From Flavobacteriales bacterium (GTDB taxonomy: Bacteria > Bacteroidota > Bacteroidia > NS11-12g > UBA955): 64,000 nucleotides of DNA. Positions 57,269 through 64,000 of the stretch are shown piece by piece (position 1 is the first letter of the stretch; the number at the start of each line of letters is the position of its first letter). The stretch spans positions 2,946-66,945 of the forward strand of contig CANFLS010000012.1 in NCBI GenBank assembly GCA_947447955.1. Direction: 5' to 3'. The notes beneath the pieces were generated by a model. That model was not told the DNA's origin, did no database searches, and saw only the letters and a program-made list of their open reading frames with translations. Position numbers and translations under genes: made by a program.

Positions 57269-58096
57269 TTATCCAAGTCCTACATCCAACGCCATCATAA
57301 TAACAAAGCCGAACATGAGTCCTAACGTAGCTCTATCATTATGCCCATTGCTTTGAGATTCAGGAATAACCTCTTCAACCACAACATAAATCATTGCACC
57401 GGCAGCAAAAGCCAAGGCATAAGGCAAAATACTTTGAGCCAACATGACCAAGGCAACTCCGGCAACGGCCGCAATTGGTTCTACAATTCCGCTAAGTTGA
57501 CCCCATAAAAACGACTTGGTTCTAGACATTCCAAATCTTCTTAAAGGCAATGCAACCGCAAGTCCCTCCGGAAAATCTTGAATACCAATTCCAATGGTAA
57601 GCGCAATTGCACCCGCCAAATCAGCGCCAGGAATTCCTTCCGCAACAGCACCAAAGGCCACCCCAACTGCCAATCCCTCAGGAATATTGTGCAACGTAAT
57701 TGCCAAAACCAGCAAAACTGTTTTATTCCAATTGGTTTTAACACCTTCCGACTTTTCAATTGGCTCATTTAAATGTAAATGCGGCAACAATTGATCAAGC
57801 GAAAATAAAAATACAGCTCCACCCAAAAATCCTATAGCCACTGGTACCCACGCCCAATGATGACTCCATGTCAATTGGGCCATTTCAATTGCAGGATTTA
57901 ACAAACTCCAAAAACTTGCAGCCAGCATTACTCCTGCCGTGAACCCCAAAAGGGTATCCATAAATCCTTTGCGAACATCCTTAATGAAAAAAACCACGGC
58001 AGCCCCCAAAGCTGTTACCAACCACGTAAATGTAGATCCGGCAAGACCTTGCATTATGGGAGATAAACCACTAAAAAAAGCTATAATTTTATCCAT
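57269..58096 (-). CDS. ZIP-family metal (zinc/iron) permease
   Basis: 8 TM helices. HNIPEGLAVG and QDFPEGLAV ZIP signature motifs. Confidence 0.8.
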   Translation of the reverse strand: MDKIIAFFSGLSPIMQGLAGSTFTWLVTALGAAVVFFIKDVRKGFMDTLLGFTAGVMLAASFWSLLNPAIEMAQLTWSHHWAWVPVAIGFLGGAVFLFSLDQLLPHLHLNEPIEKSEGVKTNWNKTVLLVLAITLHNIPEGLAVGVAFGAVAEGIPGADLAGAIALTIGIGIQDFPEGLAVALPLRRFGMSRTKSFLWGQLSGIVEPIAAVAGVALVMLAQSILPYALAFAAGAMIYVVVEEVIPESQSNGHNDRATLGLMFGFVIMMALDVGLG

Positions 58097-58131
58097 AGTT
58101 CAAAGATAGTGAAAAATGATTAAGTTGATGA

Positions 58132-58740
58132 TTAATGTACCCTATCGCCGCGAAGTTCAAGATTTTGAAGGATTTCCGCTTCAATATCAAGCCATTCTTG
58201 CCAACGTTTTTTGACTAATTCCTCATCGTAATAGGTTTTAGCCAGATCAATAAACATTCTGTAATGACCGGCTTCTGATATCATAAACTCATGATAAAAC
58301 TTGCGCAATTCTAAATCGGAACAATACAAACTGAGCAATCGAAAGCGTTCGCAACTTCTTGCTTCAATTAATGCGGAAATTAAAAGTTGCTCAAGCATTT
58401 GCATGCCGGCAACACCTTTAATTTGACGGGATTGTAATTGAACAACGTATTGATCTTTGCGGTTTCTACCGAGTTTGAATCCTCTTTTATCAAGTTCCTT
58501 TAAAACCCTTCTAAAATGTCCCCATTCTTCAGCAACGAGTGGCGTAACCTCTTGAACCAATTTTTCTTGATCCGCATATCGCACGATAAGAGAAATACCA
58601 GTAGTGGCAGCTTTTTGCTCGCAAAAAGCATGATCAATTAATATTTCGTGAATAGATTTCTCGGCAATGTTTACCCACCGTGGATCAGTTGGCAACTTTA
58701 AACCAAGCATTTTCACGCTGCTTAGTTCTTCGTCTTCCAT
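58132..58740 (-). CDS. miaE: tRNA-(ms2io6A)-hydroxylase
   Basis: ILIDHAFCEQKAATTGISLIVRY and EEWGHFRRV diiron motifs typical of MiaE. 202 aa. Confidence 0.7.
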   Translation of the reverse strand: MEDEELSSVKMLGLKLPTDPRWVNIAEKSIHEILIDHAFCEQKAATTGISLIVRYADQEKLVQEVTPLVAEEWGHFRRVLKELDKRGFKLGRNRKDQYVVQLQSRQIKGVAGMQMLEQLLISALIEARSCERFRLLSLYCSDLELRKFYHEFMISEAGHYRMFIDLAKTYYDEELVKKRWQEWLDIEAEILQNLELRGDRVH

Positions 58741-58745
58741 CAGAA

Positions 58746-59186
58746 TTATTCTGCTTCTATTTTGTTGACACGGGTTTCGTGACGACCACCTTCGAAAGCG
58801 CTTTCCAAGTATGCATCAGCAATTTCGAATGCTGTTTCTTGAGAAATGAATCTAGCTGGTAAGCAAATCACATTTGCGTTGTTGTGTTGTCGTGCCAAAG
58901 AAGCCAATTCTGGAGCCCAAGCCAAAGCAGCCCTAACACCGTGGTGTTTGTTTGCCGTGATGCAAACACCATTTCCACTTCCGCAAATAAGAATTCCCAA
59001 TTGGGTAATTCCAGTTTCAACACTTGAAGCAACTTTATGTGCAAAATCAGGATAATCTACGCTGTCGGCCGAATTTGGACCTAAATCAACCATAGAATAC
59101 CCTTTGTTAGTTAAATAGTTACACATTTCTTGTTTCAATTCAAATCCAGCGTGATCTGAACCAATAGCTATAGTTACATTATTCAT
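58746..59186 (-). CDS. rpiB: ribose-5-phosphate isomerase B
   Basis: IAIGSDHAGFELK…GILICGSGNGVCITANK RpiB/LacAB signature. 146 aa. Confidence 0.85.
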   Translation of the reverse strand: MNNVTIAIGSDHAGFELKQEMCNYLTNKGYSMVDLGPNSADSVDYPDFAHKVASSVETGITQLGILICGSGNGVCITANKHHGVRAALAWAPELASLARQHNNANVICLPARFISQETAFEIADAYLESAFEGGRHETRVNKIEAE

Positions 59187-60027
59187 TTTCTTCTCTTAGT
59201 TTGCGTTTCTCAACACGTTTTGCAATATAAATACCTACCACATATAAAAACATCAACGGCATTCCAAGTAGCAATTGACTGAATATATCTGGTGAAGGAG
59301 TGGCAATACCTGCAATAATGAAAATAATTACCGCAGCATATCTCCAATATTTTCTTAAAAAAGCGGCATTCACCAAACCAATGGTTGCCAAAATATAAAT
59401 GAGTACAGGCAATTCAAATACCAAACCAGTAGCCAAACTCATAAAGGTTACAAATCCAGTTACACTTGATATGGTTATAATATTTTGGATACTATCATTC
59501 AATTTATATGATAATAAAAAATTCGTAGCTACGGGAACCAAAAAGAAATACGCAAACAAAACACCAGTGAAAAATAAGAATGAAACCACAAATAAGCTTC
59601 TTCTGGTTCTTTTGATTTCTTTTTGACTTAACGCTGGTCTAATAAAAGACCAAAGTTGATAGATGATATAAGGAAAAGCGATAATTACGCCCACTACCAA
59701 TGCAATTTTAAAGGCACTAACAAACTGTCCTTGAATTTGTTGACTTTGCATAGAAAGTGCTGGTGGTTGCCAACACAAACTGTTATTTCCCAATACAAAG
59801 TGACCCGCTTTACAAAAGAATTTATATCCCCAAAAATCTGGTTTAAAAGGACCTAAAATAACCATGTCGAATATTTTTTCTACCCAATAAAAAGTTACGC
59901 AGGTAGAAATTAAAACAGCATAAGCAATTCGTACTAAATGTTTTCTTAATTCATCGATGTGATCGAAGAAACCCATGTTTTTTTCATCAGGGAATACTTC
60001 ATCTACATCTACTTGGTCTAATGCCAT
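59179..60027 (-). CDS. tatC: twin-arginine translocase subunit TatC
   Basis: FDHIDELRKHLVR start. 6 TM helices. Typical TatC length. 8-bp overlap with rpiB. Confidence 0.85.
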   Translation of the reverse strand: MALDQVDVDEVFPDEKNMGFFDHIDELRKHLVRIAYAVLISTCVTFYWVEKIFDMVILGPFKPDFWGYKFFCKAGHFVLGNNSLCWQPPALSMQSQQIQGQFVSAFKIALVVGVIIAFPYIIYQLWSFIRPALSQKEIKRTRRSLFVVSFLFFTGVLFAYFFLVPVATNFLLSYKLNDSIQNIITISSVTGFVTFMSLATGLVFELPVLIYILATIGLVNAAFLRKYWRYAAVIIFIIAGIATPSPDIFSQLLLGMPLMFLYVVGIYIAKRVEKRKLREENE

Positions 60028-60076
60028 GCTTCAAAGTTAGTTTAGAAAAATCAGATATTCGTTGAACCCGATTAAA

Positions 60077-60820
60077 TTACATCAACATTCCGCCACAAAC
60101 AGAAAGAGTTTGTCCGGTAATGTAAGTACTTAAATCAGATGCTAGGAACATACAAAGATTTGCAACATCTTCTGGACTACCGCCGCGTTTCAATGGAATG
60201 GTTTCCATCCACCCTTTTTTCACGTTTTCGTCAAGACCATGTGTCATTTCTGTTTCAATAAATCCAGGAGCAACAGCGTTACAACGGATATTTCTAGATC
60301 CCAATTCTTTGGCAATACTTTTTGTAAAACCAATCAAACCGGCTTTAGATGCCGCATAATTTGCTTGACCTCCATTTCCAGTAACCCCAACTACACTCGT
60401 CATATTGATAATAGAACCTGCCCTATTTCCTAAGAAATGCTTTAAAAATGCTTTTGTTAAATTAAATGCACTTTTCAAGTTGGTATCCATTACTTCATCC
60501 CATTGCTCTTCAGTCATCCTTAGCATTAATGTATCTCTGGTGATACCTGCATTGTTGATTAAAATATCAATTTTGCCAAAATCTGCCAAAACATCAGTTG
60601 CAAGGGTTTCGCTTTGTTTGAAATCAGCGGCATTGCTCTGATATCCTTTCACTTTTACTCCGTATTGAGCGGCCAATTCCGTTTCAAAAGCACGGGCTTT
60701 TTCAATAGAAGAAGCAAAGGTAAAGGCGATGTTGCAGCCATTTTTTGCAAAAACTTCAGCGATGCCTTTCCCGATTCCTCGAGAAGCACCAGTAATCAAT
60801 GCGGTTTTTCCTGAAAGCAT
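60077..60820 (-). CDS. fabG: 3-oxoacyl-[ACP] reductase
   Basis: TALITGASRGIGKGIA, NNAG, YAASKAG. 247 aa. Classical FabG. Confidence 0.85.
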   Translation of the reverse strand: MLSGKTALITGASRGIGKGIAEVFAKNGCNIAFTFASSIEKARAFETELAAQYGVKVKGYQSNAADFKQSETLATDVLADFGKIDILINNAGITRDTLMLRMTEEQWDEVMDTNLKSAFNLTKAFLKHFLGNRAGSIINMTSVVGVTGNGGQANYAASKAGLIGFTKSIAKELGSRNIRCNAVAPGFIETEMTHGLDENVKKGWMETIPLKRGGSPEDVANLCMFLASDLSTYITGQTLSVCGGMLM

Positions 60821-60858
60821 GAGGCAAAATTAACCCCAAGTGTGCTAGAATTCAAATT

Positions 60859-60866
60859 TATTTTTG
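60859..60866 (+). promoter_or_regulatory. Candidate -7 promoter element (TATTTTTG) for recG
   Basis: Perfect TAnnTTTG, 82 nt upstream of the recG ATG. Confidence 0.35.
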
Positions 60867-60947
60867 AGGGACAATTATTTCTTCTATGGATTTCATGACA
60901 TTTTGTACCCCTATATTTTCATGTTATCTTCGTAAACTATTCTTCCC

Positions 60948-63050
60948 ATGTCGCAGTTGTTAGATACCAAAATAGAATTCCTAAAAGGTGTAGGTCCACT
61001 CAAAGCAGAGGCCCTCAAATCTGAATTGGGAATTTTTACCGTTGGTGATTTAATAAGCCACTACCCTTTTCGACATGAAGATAGATCTAAAATTTATACG
61101 GTTTCTGAAATTCAAGGGCAAGAAGACATCTATGTTCAATTGAGAGGAAAGATATTCCCTCAAGGAATTTTGGGTATAGGGCCTGCCAGAAGATTTACCG
61201 CAACTTTTAGAGACCATAGCGGAGAAATTGAATTGGTTTGGTTTAAATCCATCAGTTACATTGAAAAATATCTCACCCCGGGTAGCTTCTTTCTAATTCA
61301 TGGAAAAATAACCAATTATAAGGGGAAAGTAAACATGGCTCACCCAGAGCTAGAAGTACTAACCGACGATTTTAATCCCTCAAGTCTTGGATTAACACCA
61401 GTTTATCCTTTAACCGAAGGATTAAAACGAAAAAAGATTGAAAATAAGTTGCTCACACAACTGACCAAACAAATAGTTACCCTTCCTCAATTTCAAGTTC
61501 CAGAATGTTTGCCCGTGAGCATCATTCAAAAATTTAAATTCGTTTCTAGAACGCAAGCACTGACCGATTTGCATTTCCCTCCCAATTTAACCCGCTTGGA
61601 AGATGCAAAACGCAGATTGAAGTTCGACGAATTATTTTATTTACAACTTAGACATTTGCAATTAAAAGGCAATAGAAACAGGGTTATTCGGGGATTGGTT
61701 TTTGAACAGGTTGGAGAACACTTTAATGATTTTTACAACAATTATCTGCCATTTTCACTTACAAATGCCCAGAAAAGAGTGTTAAAAGAAATTCGTTCAG
61801 ATGTAAAAACCGGAAGGCAAATGAATCGTTTGCTACAAGGCGATGTGGGTAGTGGCAAAACCATGGTTGCAATGTTGGCAATGCTTTTAAGTTTAGACAA
61901 TGGCTACCAAGCTTGTTTAATGGCACCTACTGAGATTTTAGCCATTCAACATTCCATTTCCATTGGAGAATGGATGGAACACATGAATGTGAAGGTTGCA
62001 TTATTAACAGGTTCAACCACGAAGAAAAACAGACGCGAAATTCTTGAAAAACTGACCAATGGCGAAATCGATATCCTCATAGGAACCCATGCCCTTTTAG
62101 AGGAAGATGTGGCATTTCAAAAATTGGGATTCGTTGTAATTGATGAACAACACCGCTTTGGGGTTGCCCAAAGGGCCCGTTTATGGAAAAAAGGACAAGT
62201 TGCGCCGCATATCTTGGTTATGACGGCTACCCCAATTCCAAGAACCTTGGCAATGACCGTTTATGGAGATTTAGATGTCAGCGTTATTGACGAAATGCCA
62301 GCCGGCAGAAAACCCATTGTAACGGTACAACGTCATGAAAGTACAAGACCGCTTTTTATGGATTTTTTGAGGGACGAAGTTGCAAAAGGCCGACAAGTAT
62401 ATTATGTATTTCCTTTGATTGAAGACTCAGAGAAATTGGCATTGAAAAGCTTAATGTCAGGATATGATATGGTTGCCGATTACCTCCCTACTCCCAAATT
62501 CAAGTATAGCTTTTTACATGGCAAAATGAAGCCAGCCGACAAAGAATCGGAAATGAAAAAGTTCAAACTCGGCCAAACCGATATTATGGTGGCAACAACC
62601 GTAATCGAAGTGGGTGTAAATGTTCCGAATGCATCGGTTATGGTAATTGAAAATGCCGAACGTTTTGGACTTGCTCAATTGCACCAATTAAGAGGACGTG
62701 TTGGTAGGGGTGCTGAACAAAGTTTCTGCATTTTGGTAACAGGAGATAAACTCTCCGAATCTGGAAGAAAACGCATCAAAACCATGGTGAGAACCAACGA
62801 TGGATTTGAAATTGCAAAAGTAGATTTGGAATTAAGGGGTCCGGGTGAATTGGATGGCACAAAGCAAAGCGGAGTGCTTGATTTGAAGCTTGCTGACATC
62901 AGATTTGACGAAAGTATACTCATAGCAGCAAGAAATGAGGCCGTTTTATGGTTGGAAAAAGATGAACTCTTAATGCAAGAAGAAAGTGCACCAATACGTT
63001 ATGAACTAGGCAAAACACCAAATCGTACAATTTGGAGTAAAATAAGTTAA
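60948..63050 (+). CDS. recG: ATP-dependent DNA helicase RecG
   Basis: 700 aa. An N-terminal wedge domain, then helicase motifs GDVGSGKT (I), VIDEQHRFG (II) and QLRGRVGRG (VI). Confidence 0.9.
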   Translation: MSQLLDTKIEFLKGVGPLKAEALKSELGIFTVGDLISHYPFRHEDRSKIYTVSEIQGQEDIYVQLRGKIFPQGILGIGPARRFTATFRDHSGEIELVWFKSISYIEKYLTPGSFFLIHGKITNYKGKVNMAHPELEVLTDDFNPSSLGLTPVYPLTEGLKRKKIENKLLTQLTKQIVTLPQFQVPECLPVSIIQKFKFVSRTQALTDLHFPPNLTRLEDAKRRLKFDELFYLQLRHLQLKGNRNRVIRGLVFEQVGEHFNDFYNNYLPFSLTNAQKRVLKEIRSDVKTGRQMNRLLQGDVGSGKTMVAMLAMLLSLDNGYQACLMAPTEILAIQHSISIGEWMEHMNVKVALLTGSTTKKNRREILEKLTNGEIDILIGTHALLEEDVAFQKLGFVVIDEQHRFGVAQRARLWKKGQVAPHILVMTATPIPRTLAMTVYGDLDVSVIDEMPAGRKPIVTVQRHESTRPLFMDFLRDEVAKGRQVYYVFPLIEDSEKLALKSLMSGYDMVADYLPTPKFKYSFLHGKMKPADKESEMKKFKLGQTDIMVATTVIEVGVNVPNASVMVIENAERFGLAQLHQLRGRVGRGAEQSFCILVTGDKLSESGRKRIKTMVRTNDGFEIAKVDLELRGPGELDGTKQSGVLDLKLADIRFDESILIAARNEAVLWLEKDELLMQEESAPIRYELGKTPNRTIWSKIS

Positions 63051-63097
63051 TCTTAATACGTAAAGCCATTTTTTTCATTTAATTTTACAGCATAAAA

Positions 63098-63862
63098 ATG
63101 AATTTAATATCTGAAATTGGTCGATTTGTCATATTCATGAAGTTTGTACTTCATAGACCCGAAAAAGCAAGAGTATTTTGGAAAATTACATTTCGTGAGA
63201 TGTACCTCATTGGTATTGACTCCTTGTTAATTGTTATTTTAATTGCAACATTTACGGGAGCGGTAACAACTATTCAAACTGCAAATCAATTATTGTCACC
63301 AAGCGACCTCTATCCTACTCAGTTAATGCCAAAATTTGTAATTGGTGCAGTTGTAGGAACCAGTTCTCTTTTAGAATTGGCTCCCACGGTAACATGTTTG
63401 GTATTGGCCGGGAAAATTGGCGCCAACATTGCATCAGAAATTGGAAACATGAAGGTTTCAGAACAAATTGATGCGTATGAAGTTATGGGCATTAACTCTG
63501 CTAGTTTTGTAGCCTTACCTAAAATTGTTGCTGGTTTAATCATGATTCCTTGCTTGATTATCATTGCAAACTTCTTGTTATTATACGGTGGAGTTTTGGC
63601 TTGCTCAGCAACCACATCACTCACTGCCGATAATTTAATTGAAGGTGCAAGGCTGGTTTTTAAACCATTGTACTTAAAAGTAATGCTTACCAAATCATTC
63701 ATTTTTGCATTCCTAATTACCAGTTTGAGTGCTTTTCAAGGGTATTACACCACCGGTGGAGCCTTGGAAGTTGGTATTGCAGGTACCAAAGCCGTAACGA
63801 AAATTTGTATTTTCATTCTGTTTTTTGATTTGATCATCGCCCAATTGTTTTTGAAATCATGA
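63098..63862 (+). CDS. mlaE: MlaE-family ABC transporter permease
   Basis: 254 aa. 5 TM helices. The conserved MlaE/Ttg2B region (…REMYLIGIDSL…EIGNMKVSEQIDA…). Confidence 0.75.
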   Translation: MNLISEIGRFVIFMKFVLHRPEKARVFWKITFREMYLIGIDSLLIVILIATFTGAVTTIQTANQLLSPSDLYPTQLMPKFVIGAVVGTSSLLELAPTVTCLVLAGKIGANIASEIGNMKVSEQIDAYEVMGINSASFVALPKIVAGLIMIPCLIIIANFLLLYGGVLACSATTSLTADNLIEGARLVFKPLYLKVMLTKSFIFAFLITSLSAFQGYYTTGGALEVGIAGTKAVTKICIFILFFDLIIAQLFLKS

Positions 63863-64000
63863 TAAAAATTGAACATCTTGATAAATGGTTTGACGACCGT
63901 CAAATTTTGTTCGATATCAATACTGAATTTAAACCAGGAGTTGCTAACCTTGTTATTGGAGCTAGCGGCAGTGGCAAAAGTGTATTAATCAAATGCATGG
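63859..64000 (+). CDS. mlaF: ABC transporter ATP-binding protein (MlaF-like), 5' part only
   Basis: Own translation MIKIEHLDKWFDDRQILFDINTEFKPGVANLVIGASGSGKSVLIKCM. Walker A GASGSGKS. Overlaps the mlaE stop. Truncated at the window end. Confidence 0.7.
   Translation, partial: MIKIEHLDKWFDDRQILFDINTEFKPGVANLVIGASGSGKSVLIKCM

Noticed and set aside
1-64000. tRNA, rRNA, tmRNA or riboswitch candidates
   Set aside because: No cloverleaf-like GC-rich 70-90-nt segments, no rRNA-like conserved stretches and no recognisable riboswitch consensus were seen in intergenic regions. The GC-richer patches (28.45-28.58 kb, 31.2 kb, 36.2 kb) are repeat modules.

Overview
This 64-kb window looks like a low-GC Bacteroidetes chromosome, probably Flavobacteriia. 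The signs are SusC/SusD genes, T9SS C-terminal sorting domains, a PorP/SprF gene, and TAnnTTTG-type promoters. The layout from left to right is as follows. (1) Through 14.5 kb: a PKD-domain gene divergent from porP/sprF, a repeat-containing predicted outer-membrane gene and a small 4-TM membrane gene. Then comes a laminarin-type PUL of SusC, SusD, a PKD lipoprotein and a Calx-beta GH16, followed by a 1,500-aa T9SS-secreted beta-helix/PKD protein. (2) 14.6-22.2 kb: a tightly packed six-gene operon with a clan GH-A hydrolase, two large outer-membrane beta-barrels, two secreted/lipoprotein putative binding proteins and a GH16-like lipoprotein, with no SusC or SusD. This is the best candidate for an undescribed glycan-handling system. 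(3) 22-28 kb: two tandem paralogous outer-membrane proteins, then GT2, rsmG and alaS. (4) 28.4-40.4 kb: an unusual zone where nearly every intergenic region is filled with a modular family of short tandem repeats. The modules are GATTAGACR 9-mers, GTAAAC..CGAAG 14-16-mers, 10-bp-phased GTTTATAARR blocks and a perfect palindrome that shows compensatory substitutions. The zone includes a duplicated copy of the alaS 5' end and an AT-rich array of seven orphan secreted or membrane ORFs carrying an RHS-core remnant. A Fic gene in this zone is preceded by twin identical-stem hairpins. The same zone also holds housekeeping genes (pckA, msrA, yciH, an SDR). (5) 41-64 kb: mostly housekeeping genes (nadE, dnaG, miaE, rpiB, tatC, fabG, recG, mlaEF), a PAP2 plus ArnT-like pair, and one more repeat array at 56.4 kb. 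No rRNA, tRNA, CRISPR array, transposase or integrase was recognised. All calls rest on motif and architecture reading, not on database searches.
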